The notes under the pieces were generated by a model. That model was not told where the DNA came from. It made no database searches and worked only from the letters and a program-made list of their open reading frames with translations. A program made the position numbers and the translations under genes. A stretch of 64,000 nucleotides of DNA from Eledone cirrhosa. Its lineage: Eukaryota. The stretch is taken from positions 238,576,001-238,640,000 of the forward strand of contig OZ024741.1 of assembly GCA_964016885.1 (NCBI GenBank). Reading direction: 5' to 3'. Shown here piece by piece: positions 53,282-64,000 of the stretch; position 1 is the stretch's first letter; the number at the start of each line of letters is the position of its first letter.

Positions 53282-53358
<77 letters not shown>

Positions 53359-53384
53359 CATGTATGTACATATATGTATATATG

Positions 53385-53437
<53 letters not shown>

Positions 53438-53452
53438 ATGTATATATATATG

Positions 53453-53483
<31 letters not shown>

Positions 53484-54276
53484 GTATATATATGTAAATA
53501 TGTGTATATATATGTATATATATGTATATATATATATATATATGTGTATATGTATATATAAGTATGTATATGTATACATGTGTATATATATGTGTATATA
53601 TATGTATATATATGTATATATGTGTATATATATATGTATATATATATGTATATGTATATATATGTGTATATATATGTATATATGTGTATATATATGTACA
53701 AATATATATGTATTTATATGTATATATGTGTATATATATATGTATATATATGTGTATATATATGTATATATATGTGCATATATATGTATTTATATATGTA
53801 TATATATGTGTATATATATGTATATATATATATGTATATATATGTGTATATATATGTGTATATATATGTATTTATATATGTATATATATGTGCATATATA
53901 TGTATTTATATATGTATATATATGTGTATATGTATGTATATATATATGTATATATATGTATATATATATATGTATATATATGTGTATATATATGTATATA
54001 TATATGTATATATATATGTATATATATGTATATATATATATGTATATATATGTGTATATATATGTATATATATATGTATATATATGTATATATATATGTA
54101 TATATATGTATATGTCTGACGACCAATTGAAACGTATATTATATTATTATCGTCTGTCATCCAGAAACCTTTGGCAATGGAGCCGTTATATTTTGTGTTG
54201 TTTACTTTCTAATTAAATAGCTCTGTTCTATACATAGAGCACTCTTTTTTCCTTAGCTATTACTTCAGAATTACCT

Positions 54277-54321
<45 letters not shown>

Positions 54322-54342
54322 GTATATATGATGATGATGATG

Positions 54343-54377
<35 letters not shown>

Positions 54378-54497
54378 TGTATGTATATATGATGATGATG
54401 ATGATATTTATATGTATATATATATATATCTTTATATGTATATTTATGTATATATATATATATATGTATTTATATATATATATATATATATGTATAT
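50637..54497. repeat. Compound (TA)n/(TATG)n microsatellite field with two short unique islands (52857-53045, 54115-54280)
   Basis: Directly visible low-complexity sequence. Confidence 0.98.
52958..53006 (+). ncRNA. Variant minimal hammerhead ribozyme
   Basis: Stem I TTGCT/AGCAG; CCGAAGA (U4C variant); stem II TCCAAACC/GGTTTGGA; GAAA; palindrome ACAATTGT; GUA triplet. Confidence 0.6.
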
Positions 54498-54770
54498 CAT
54501 CATCATCATCACCATTTTATGTCTGTTCTTCCATGCTAGCATGGATTAGACAGGTTGTCCTGTTGTGGGCAGTGTCTGGTCGTCTGACCTTGTCTTGCTC
54601 ATACGGGAACTGATTCTGGCTTGATTTCTACAGCTGGATGCCCTTCCTAACACTAATCTCATTTACATTGAGTGTTGCGTGCTTTTTTTCCATGGTGCCC
54701 ACACGTCCATTTTACAGCATGGGCTGTGTGCTTTTTTGCCGTGGTACCTCCACAACCACTTTTCTGTGGG
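54497..54770 (-). mobile_element. SINE family B 3' part
   Basis: Matches 3235-3510. Confidence 0.85.
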
Positions 54771-54879
54771 AGGGGGTGGGGGTATATTGTCTATATGCTT
54801 CAGCTTCGGCTTCTACCCATGTGAAGTCGGGTCTTTTGTATTACTACATGACGCCAGAGGTCACGGCCATGTCATCACT

Positions 54880-56040
54880 TTTGAGAGGTGCAATTGGGTA
54901 AGGTTGGCTTTTATCACCTCATCCCAGGTCTTATTTGGGTCTCCCCACTCCGTGGCTTCCATCGACTTCCAGTGCTTTGCACCTTTTTATGCACCTGTCA
55001 TCCTTCATACGCATCACATGTCCATACCAATGCAACCTCCTCTCCTGCACACAGCATTTGATTCCTCTTATGTTCAGTCTCTCTCTCAATTTGTTTATGC
55101 TTTGCAGTTCGCATATATTACTATTACACATCCATCGGAGCATGCAGGCTTCGTTTCTTTCTAATCTACGGAAGTCTTCTACAGACAGCGCCCAGGTCTC
55201 ACTACCATGTAACATTGCTGTTCGTATACACGCCTCATACAGTCTGTTTTCATTTTGAGGGAAAAGCCTTTTGCAGCTAGCAGTGGCAGTAGCTCCTGAA
55301 CTTCTTCCATCCCGTTCTTACCCTAGTTACTGTAATTTCCAAACACCCACCTCCGCTGCTAATTTGGTCACCTAGGTAACAGAAGCTGTCTACTGTTTCT
55401 ACAGAGCCCTCCCAGAGTTTGGTGTCGGTTGTTTCCTGTGGCCGTTTGCCGTTTGCTGTCCCAGCGCAGCTGCTACATGTGAAGTCTACATTCTTAGTTA
55501 AGCTTCCTGAGATCTCACTACATCTCTTGTGTACCCATTGTTTGCATTTGGGGCAGAGGATGGAGTTCGTACCTACATGTTTCCTACATACTGAGCAAGA
55601 CTATTTCACTGAGAGGATCTGGGTTCTGTTTTCTTGTCTACTTACGAGGACCTTAGTCTTTGTCAGGTAGACTTTGAGACCCTTTCTTTCTAGTCCCTGC
55701 TTCCATGTTTGGAATTTCTTCTCTAGTTCCACCATAGATTTAGCTATAAGTGTGAGTTCATCCACATATAGGAGTTCCCATGGGAATTTGGTCTTAAACT
55801 CCTCTGTTATTGCCTGCAAATGAACAGGAGAGGGCTAAGAACAGAGCCCTGGTGGACACTGACCTGTATGCTAAATTTCTCGCTATAGTCATTGCGAACC
55901 CTAACTTTGCTGACTGCTCCCCTATGCATGGCTTGTACAGCTTTCACAAGCCATTCATCTACTCCAAGTTTTCTAAGAGCCCACCAGATTACAGCACGAC
56001 AGACTCTGTCAAAGGCTTTTTCCAGATCGATGAATGCCAG
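54880..56040 (-). mobile_element. RTE LINE RT/3' fragment
   Basis: AFIDLEKAFDRV, VHQGSVLSPLLF, ELLYVDEL, MLHGSETW, RRLHWYGHV, GRPK. Confidence 0.9.
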
Positions 56041-56042
56041 GT

Positions 56043-56203
56043 ACGAAGGAGTTGTGGTAAGGAACCAGATGGACCATAATGCATCAGCGTACTCAATACT
56101 TAGTGTAGTAGAGTGGATAATAGGAAAATGTATGACCCCGACGGCAGAGCTCAAGCCGTCGAAACGGCTTGAGTTCTGCCGTCGGGGTCATACATTTTCC
56201 TAT
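56043..56203. mobile_element. Penelope-like fold-back fragment (40-bp-arm hairpin 56120-56203)
   Basis: Arms 56120-56159 and 56164-56203 with one mismatch; homologous to 12718-12838; abuts (TA)n. Confidence 0.65.
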
Positions 56204-56219
56204 ATATATATATGTATGT

Positions 56220-56690
56220 AAGTACAGTAACCAGAGTTAGAACGGGATGGAAAAAGTTCAGGGAGCTAATTTGACCACAAAAGGTTTCTCTCCAAAAATG
56301 AAAGCAGATTGTATGATGCCTGTAAATGAACAGCAATGTTACATGGCAGTGAGAGATGGGCATTGTGTGCAGAGGACCTGCGCAGATTGGAAAGGAACGA
56401 AGCATGCATGCTCTGTTGGATGTGATAGTAATATACATGAACGGTAAGACATAAACTGAGAAATTAGGAATAAGAGGGATCAGATACTGTTTACTTGAGA
56501 GATGATTATGTTGGTATGGTAATGTGATGCGCATGAAAGACAACAGCTGTATAAAAAAGTACAGGGTGATCAAAATTGATGCAAGTAACGGAGTAGGTAG
56601 ACCCAGGAAAACCTGGGATGATATGATAATATTCGACCTTGCACACTTACACCTTTGGCGCTACACAGTAATACAGAAGACCTGCCTTCC
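56220..56690 (+). mobile_element. RTE LINE 3' fragment, inverted relative to 54880-55330
   Basis: GVGRPRKTWDD; diverged reverse-complement similarity to 54900-55330. Confidence 0.85.
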
Positions 56691-56829
56691 TTATGTACAA
56701 AATAAATCTACAGTCAGTAGGCACCTCTTAACCAAATATACACCCCAACCCACTACCCCTACTCCATCCCCCTACTCCCACCAATACCACCCTTTCTCTG
56801 TAAAGTTATGTTGGTACCATAACATCCAA

Positions 56830-57092
56830 ACTAAAGAGGTTGTGTAGGTGTCACAACAAAAAGCACCCAGCCCACTCTGTAAAGTGGTCATGTAGGAGAC
56901 ATGGTAAAAAGGCTCGCAGACCACACAGTAAATGTGGTTGGTGTTAGGAAGGGCATCCAGCAGTAGAAAACCTGCCAGATACAGTCCTTTACGAGCAAGA
57001 CACGGTCACCCGATCAATCTTGCCTGAAGTGGGACAATTCCCATCTAACCCATGCTAGCGTGGAAGATGGATGCTAAATGATGAAGATGATG
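56830..57092 (+). mobile_element. SINE family B 3' part
   Basis: Subrepeats, GGTGTTAGGAAGGGCATCCAG and (ATG)n tail. Confidence 0.8.
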
Positions 57093-59052
57093 TATATATA
57101 TATATATGTATATGTATGTATATACACATATGTGTGTATATACATATAGTAAAAAACGTTTATCAGGGAATATCTAAATTTGAATATCTATAATAAAGAT
57201 AACTAATGTTAATCTGTATGTATTAAAAAAAGATGCTCTTGTTAAATCATTATATAATCTTTATTGACATCACGTGTTAATTAATGTGCAATTTCTCATT
57301 AAAAGTCTATTTACAAATTAATTACAACTGTTTTAATTAGGAATATGTGACCATTGAAGCAACAAAATGATTACCTTGTAAGACTGAATGTAGGGAAAAA
57401 ATTACTTTGCTATTTGCATCATCAATATTAACAATATTAATGTGTTTCAATGGCTTTAATCTCCTGTGCATCATTAAAATGAGATCTTATCATTGCCAAT
57501 ACTTTTAATTCAACCCTCTATGGTTGTTTTATGATTCTATCACTGGAAGGCTCAGAAAGATATATAGTTTGCTTCCATGATGAGAAAACATGATTTTTGT
57601 TGATTCATTTTTAATACAATCTTATTTATTTTTTTTTATATATCTGTCTTTGTGGTGTCAGGCCATCTTTGAAGTGGATGATATGTGTCTGAAGTTGTAA
57701 AGCCCTGCAAAATTCCAAAAGAAGAGAAAATTATCAAAGTTACCTTTACAGGAAAATACAGATTTTAGAAATTCACTTTTTAAAATTAATTACAATTATA
57801 TATCATTCATCATCATCAACGTTTTTACATTCACTTTTCCATGCTGGCATAGGTTGGATGGGATGTTTTGAGGCAATGTTTTACATCTGGATGTCCTTCC
57901 TGATGCTAAGACTTTTTGGTTGTCTCTTACATCATGCAGGGATATAGTATACTAACTCTAAAAACCAGGATACACACTGCAATACAATTATAAAACATTT
58001 ACTTAACAAAGTAAATTAAGTATAATAGTAAACCGTTAAACCATGTGTTATAAGTGTACAGCGTAGTTGTCAGGGTGCTGGTCTGATTATCATAAGGCAA
58101 TGAAACCAATTTCCAGACCAGTTGGCACATTGCATCCTTGAACAAGGTACTTCATATCATGTTGGTCCAGTCTATTCAGTTGAAAATGATTATAATCAAT
58201 AGCTGCTTCTAACCTTACTTCCAATCCAAAGGAAAGTTTTGTATTCTTAGTCACTTAATGCTAAATCAAACTGGTATAAGTTCTGGCTTTTGACCAACTC
58301 ATCAAAGAATGGAAAAATGAGTGTAAAGCCAATGAAAAAAAAAGCATAAAAATTCATACCCAATCTAAAGTTGAGCCTTCAGGTTTTCATCATTGTTTTT
58401 TCAAATATTGTAAAAGTAACTTATCAAGTTAAAAAAAAATTGATTTGGATCCTGTCTTAAAACAAATTTCTGCCATTATGAAATTTGTATTTCTTTTAAA
58501 ACACTTTAGGAAATAAAAATAATCTGTAATCTTCAGACAAATTTTAAAGTTTAAACTGATCTGCATTTACATTACTCTATACATACTATTGTATTTTTGT
58601 AGTAAAGGCTTTATCTTACATAATTATCTCACATAATATCGAATCTACGAGATTTTGATGTTATTTATTTTGAGAACAATACCTTAACATCAGTATAAGT
58701 GGCCAGTTACAGCTGGTTTAAACAGAAAGTGGTGAGAGAATTCTGGCCGGATACTGCTGGTTTAAACGCTAAAGGGTTAAATTCTTGTTTAAAAGTTTAT
58801 ATTTTAATATTTACAAATATATTTTGATGTATCTTAATAAGGATTGGAACAATAAAAGAGGTTTAGTTTTCAAAACTGTGACCTTAATGCTACTGATAAT
58901 AGCTGTTAAGTATTCAGTGTCTTCTTAAAAGAAAGTAGAAGAGAAAAAAAAAAGCAAGCATTATAAAACACTCAAAGAAATCAGAATTATAAAATCAGTT
59001 ACTATATTTCCCTCAACAGGAAATATATCTCTCTCCCATTATTTCAGTAGTC

Positions 59053-59285
59053 AAGGGCGGTGGATTGGCAGTAAGGGCGGTGGATTGGCAGTAAGGGCGG
59101 TGGATTGGCAGTATCGCTAGAGAGTCGGACACCATGCTTTGAAGCATAGAGTTACGTCCCTTTATGATCTGAGTTCAAATGCCGCCGAGGTTAACTTTGC
59201 CTTTCATCCTTACGGGGTCGATAAAATAAAGTACCAGTAATGTACTGGGTAATTGCTGGCCTTGTGCCTAAAATAGAAACAATTA
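59053..59285 (+). mobile_element. SINE family A with triplicated 20-bp head and 15-bp TSD
   Basis: (AAGGGCGGTGGATTGGCAGT)x3; TSD ATTATTTCAGTAGTC at 59038-59052 and 59282-59296. Confidence 0.92.
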
Positions 59286-59486
59286 TTTCAGTAGTCTACA
59301 GCATCCGAGTAAAGATTAGCATACCAGATACTTCGGCTTTGCATATAAAACCTGGGTAATATGATTTTAGCCATTTTATATGCTATCAAATATGGTAATT
59401 TAAAACATTTTTTGGTTCCTTATAACATCATATTTTCTTTTCTTAATAACCATATATTTAGAATCAAAACTAAGGTCAGTGTGGTA

Positions 59487-59701
59487 TCAGATATACTTGG
59501 TTGGATCAATCTTTTGGGACCTTTTTAATATTAAGACCTGACTGAACATTATTTTGTAGTGGATCATGTTCCTATTCTCTGGCTCTTTTGTTAGGGCTAT
59601 CAACAAAATAGGCACACAGAATATAGCAGACATAATACCATTAACCTGATGGTCTGCTTGTAAACCGATGTTTGTTAATATTTTCCTTGCCATTAATTTC
59701 A
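59487..59701 (-). CDS. Possible next/terminal exon of the upstream protocadherin
   Basis: GTATTTCAG acceptor (CAG at 59702-59704); a phase-1 join to 59865 gives an open frame to the stop at 59487. No recognisable motif. Confidence 0.25.
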
Positions 59702-59864
59702 CTGAAATACACAGAAAATCCATTTTTGTTAGATTCTGTGTTCAGATTGATTTAACTACAAATTGAATAATTTTAATATTTGGAGCGTCTCTTTCAATTT
59801 CAAGTAAATTTAGGTTAATAAATAGCAAGGAGGAAACAAAAGAAGAAAATAACCGCTAACATAC

Positions 59865-60021
59865 CAGGTATTTCTTCATATTGTTTTGTTTCTCCTTCAT
59901 TCCAGTTATGTCCACTGTCTCTTTTGGTAGAGATTGTATCGCTGAGATAGTTAGGGACCATAACAATGTTTTGCTCCATTGGCTCACCACCAGATGTCAC
60001 AGTAACAGGTTGACTGTACAT
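59865..60021 (-). CDS. Protocadherin cytoplasmic exon of an upstream paralog (ectodomain exon outside the window)
   Basis: TTTTTCAATACTCTTAG acceptor, GTATGT donor, 157 nt, phase 0/1; MYSQPVTVTSGGEPMEQNIVMVPNYLSDTISTKRDSGHNWNEGETKQYEEIP aligns with exon 4540-4693. Confidence 0.75.
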
Positions 60022-60420
60022 CTAAGAGTATTGAAAAAGAATAAAAACTTGTAAGTATAACAGTCTGGTGAGGACAGAAAAAGAGCATCAGTTACAGTCT
60101 TCAGTTTCCACATATTCCTCCACTTTTATGTATTGTCTAATATCTATTAAGAAATCTCAATTAAGGAAAATAATATTCCATAATAATTTAGTGTTGTTTG
60201 TGTACTGGTATATTACATTGGAAAGAATATTTTATAGAAACCTTTTCCCAATTAGCTTTGAGTCGGTTTCCACTTAATCATAATTAAAATAGTATTGGTT
60301 AAATCTTTAATTGATTGACATATTTCATATATTAGTACTAGTTAATATTGAAATTAGGGCCTCTGTTTTATGCTCACCAATTGCTTAAATGATGACTTGT
60401 TTGAATTCTTCCCTTTAAAT

Positions 60421-60645
60421 CAGCAGTTCCCAGCCTAGGGGCTTGCTGGGAGTCCATGAGCTAAGTTCAAAATTCCCAGTACCTCGTTAAGAACATAATA
60501 TGCACATACTATTGGCTTTCCATTCTTCCCTAAATATAAATATTTCTCTTTTAATTGATATACTCTTCATATAACAATCTGGGAGTGGGAAAATTGTTGT
60601 GTGGACAATTGTAAAATTCATTTAAATAAAATTTAGGAACTCCTG
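60421..60645. mobile_element. hAT-like MITE
   Basis: CAGCAGTTCC / GGAACTCCTG termini; partial TSD CTTTAAAT / CTTTACTT. Confidence 0.5.
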
Positions 60646-61269
60646 CTTTACTTAAAGCATACTATTTCATTCAAAGTTTAAGAAAAAGAAAAGGATACAC
60701 ACATTAAAAATTCAAGTTTAATAACTGCATGTCAATTATACAAATTTATTTTCATGAGGAGTTTAAAGCTGAACACTTTTGTATTAGTTTACTGTGATAT
60801 TAATTAGGAAGGATGTTTACACTAATCATATGGTCTATAAAGGTTTTATATAGTTAATAAAGTTTTTTTTTTTACTAAATGTTTAATAGGCAGTTATTTT
60901 AATCTTTATAGTGCTAGAGATGACACATCCACCAGGATGTGAAACACCACCTAACCTTCATTTCTACTGCACTATCTGCTACAGTTTTTACTTTCTCCAT
61001 GCACCTATCTATCATACCTTAAATCCATGTGTTGAATTATGACCCCCTCCCCCCATCTCCTTATTACTCTCATTATCTCTGAGCTCCTCCACTTTCTCAT
61101 AGATTAATCTTCAAATTTCCTTCCCACTATTCTGTTACACCCAAATACACTTATTATGCATTCAAACACCTTTGCATTAGAATAAGCCTGCTTCTCTCCC
61201 TAGTGTTAGTCCTACTATAAAATGTCCTTGGGACTTTCTCTATGTAACAGTAACAACAACCAGACAACA

Positions 61270-61720
61270 TCCCTTGCACTGTAAAGTGGATAGTGTTAGG
61301 AAGGGCATCCAGCTATAGAAACCATGCCAAACAAAAGGTTGGGAAAACTCTTCAGTTGTCAAGGATACAACAAACTTCCTAGTGCTAGTGCCATGATAAA
61401 ATGCTGTCATTTTATGATTGGCATTAGAAAATGCATCCAGCCACAGAAACCATGCTGAAAAAGGTTGAGAGGATTTTTCAGTTGTATCTAGGATAAAATA
61501 ATTTCCCTAGTGCAGATGCCATGATAAAATACACCAAATACACCTTGTAGAGTGATTGGTGATAGGAAAGGCATCCAGCTGTAGGAACCATTATAAGTAA
61601 GGTATGGCCCCCAACCTGTTTGGGTGAGAGTAGCTTCAACTAAATACAGGCCTGATCTGTGACAACCTGTCCAACAGATGTTTGCATAGAAAAACACATG
61701 TTAAATGATGATGATGATGA
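61270..61720 (+). mobile_element. SINE-B-related element with three ~140-bp internal repeats
   Basis: Three GCATCCAGC.(A/G).AG.AACCAT blocks (61305, 61433, 61571); (ATG)n tail. Confidence 0.65.
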
Positions 61721-62547
61721 AGTGAAATATATTATATGAAATTTATTCTTGAATTAAAAATGTGGGATTTATGGAATTATTTTACATTTACATTTCATCA
61801 TATCTAAAAAGAAAAAAGATAATTAGAAAAATTAAAGTATGCAATTAAAATTCAACCCCTATTCTTAAAACTTGAGATAGATTTAGCTAGTTCTTGAATT
61901 CATTGGCATTTTTTAATAAATCACAAAGGTCCAATTAAAGATAAAAAATACTAATTAGTATTAAATTTGTGTTAGATTTCTATCTACACATTTGAAAATA
62001 AATATAGTCTTTTACAATTTTTCTGAGCATCCACCCAAGGTATGGGTTAAATAACCTCACCAACCCACAATTGTCCGAGCATGGTAAGTATGGTTACACC
62101 CCTGACATGACCAAAACCAAACAGAAAGCTTTAGAGGTCCACCAGGGAGTAGTTCTCCCAACAGGAATGAAAAGGCCTTGGCTAGGTTAGTAGTGTATAG
62201 TTTGAGATTTGCATAGCATTCAACGTAAATCCTGAATCATGCACAATTACATGGTCCCAAAACATTTTGCTCCTTTGCTCAGTTGTGAAAAATTTGAACT
62301 CTGTTCTTTTTTGTTTATTTTGGGAGTGTGATATATAAATGATCACATGCGTTTTTATATGACAGCAGTGATTGTAATTTGCAAATTGAATTGAATTAGT
62401 AGCTTTCACTGTATTTTTGACTACAGAAAATAGTGTAATAACATGGCATATAAACCCCCAGAATGGAAAAAAAAATGAGTATCAGCACATGTGGAAATTG
62501 AACCCAGACCCATTTACTAATTCAATTCAATTTTCTATATATATACA

Positions 62548-63342
62548 TGAGGTGTGTCAGAAAAGAAATTAGACTGGAGTTGAAAACAAAATTTCAAATC
62601 CAGAATACAAATTACAAGTTTTCCCCTTTGAAATAATCCACCTTGAGTCTAACACACTTTCCCATCCTTCTCTGCCATGCCCCTATGCACTCTTGGAAGG
62701 ATTCTCCTGGGATTTTCTGCAGCTCTGTCATCCCTGTCCTCTTGATGGCTTCCAAATCCAGATGCTCAAGGATGTCCTGACACACCTGCATGTGCCACTT
62801 CTTCACGTCATCGTTCAGCAGCTTCAGCATTCCCAAATCTTTAGTGATAATCTTCCAAACATTGTTGGGGTTTATGCTCAGCTCACTTGCAATCAGTCAA
62901 ACTGTCAGCTGACAATTACCAAGCACCATCTGCTTCGCATACTCAAAATTGGCCACAGTCTTGCTTGTTGAATGCCTTCCACTCTTAGTGTCGTCTTCTA
63001 CATCCTCACATTCCTCCTTTTGTGCCACTTGAAAACCCATGAGCATGACATCATCTCATCTCTGTACACTTGCTGCAAAATTCCGAGTGCTCTGATGGAA
63101 TTTTCCCCAGCCAGATCAGAAACTTCAGGCTGGTTTGTTGCTCTGTGCCCATCACTTGACAACCTAAAATAGAGGAACTGTTAACAGAAACATGTGAAAA
63201 AACATACAATGGCTGTAGAGAGCTGAGATCACAGTTATATACTCCTTGGATATTATGTCACATGGTGGTGAAACTGCTAATCCCTACCCAACTCATAGCT
63301 CACACAGCACACTAAGTCCTGTTTCTTTTCTGACACACCTTG
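62548..63342 (-). mobile_element. Mariner transposon remnant
   Basis: TIRs GAGGTGTGTCAGAAAAGAAA / TTTCTTTTCTGACACACCTTG; C-terminal FQECIGAWQRRMGKCVRLKVDYFKG. Confidence 0.88.
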
Positions 63343-63374
63343 TATATTTGAAAATATATATTAATCTAGTACAT

Positions 63375-63960
63375 ACAAATCTGTTGCAAAGTGATACAGA
63401 ATGCATCAGGCCACATCATCATCTTCATCATCATTTTTTCCAATGCTTGCTTGGGTTGGCAGGCTCTCTTGAGCACAGCTTCCCTCCAGTTGATGCGTTC
63501 CTTTGCCATTTCCTTTATGAAGTTCCTCGATTTGAGATCATATCTCATCACCTCTACCTAGGTCCTCATTGGTCTTCCTTGACTACAGCTTTCTTCCATT
63601 GGGATTTCTTGGCTCTTCTCCATCCAATGATCATCATCCATTTGCATCTCATGTTCATACATGTGCAGTGTTCTCTCTTGCATATTGCACCTGATTCCAG
63701 TTTTTCTCTCAACTCATTCATGCACATTAACATTACACACCCATGACTCACTATAATACAACATCATACTTCAGATGCAGGCCTTTTATTTGTAGAGAAA
63801 AACCTTTTGTAGTCATTTTGTCAACGGGTATTTATTCCATGAACTTTTTTTCATCCTGTTCTTTTTCAAGCTAATATGTTGTCAGAGCAACCTCCTCCAC
63901 TGATAATTATGTCTTTTACTTAACAGAAGTTATCAACTACTTCAATGGTACCTTCCTCGA
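63375..63960 (-). mobile_element. Degenerate RTE LINE 3' fragment
   Basis: KERINWREAV, ELREKL; (CAT)n tail near 63415. Confidence 0.75.
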
Positions 63961-64000
63961 ATTGGAAAAAAGGCCACCTCTAGAGACAAATTAAGAAATT

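Noticed and set aside
50567-54613. Many long Y/I/M/C-rich ORFs
   Set aside because: Translations of (TA)n/(TATG)n microsatellite.

Overview
AT-rich, repeat-dense eukaryotic genomic DNA. It is most consistent with a coleoid cephalopod (octopus-like); this is inferred from the protocadherin architecture and the SINE/LINE content. Host-gene content is a minus-strand protocadherin array. One copy (6 cadherin repeats, TM and cytoplasmic start in one large exon, 6777-9328, plus a cytoplasmic exon at 4540-4693) carries several disabling lesions, including a ~100-bp RTE retroposon tip in EC1. A paralogous cytoplasmic exon of an upstream copy lies at 59865-60021. The rest is mostly transposons: a near full-length CR1/L2-type LINE (28.9-33.5 kb) plus fragments, several RTE LINEs, CRE-like RLE retroposon remnants, two mariner remnants, hAT MITEs, Helitron-like elements, two SINE families, a 49-bp minisatellite, multi-kb TA-rich microsatellites and a 200-N gap. 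The most notable signals are: (1) (TA)n-associated fold-back elements carrying minimal hammerhead-ribozyme motifs of the Penelope type, including an ~800-bp-arm palindrome with an intact-looking ribozyme in each arm; (2) a G_GGA_AAC slippery heptamer at the LINE ORF1/ORF2 junction; (3) an old, diverged ~350-bp inverted repeat pair upstream of the protocadherin. All calls were made by eye; no database searches were run.
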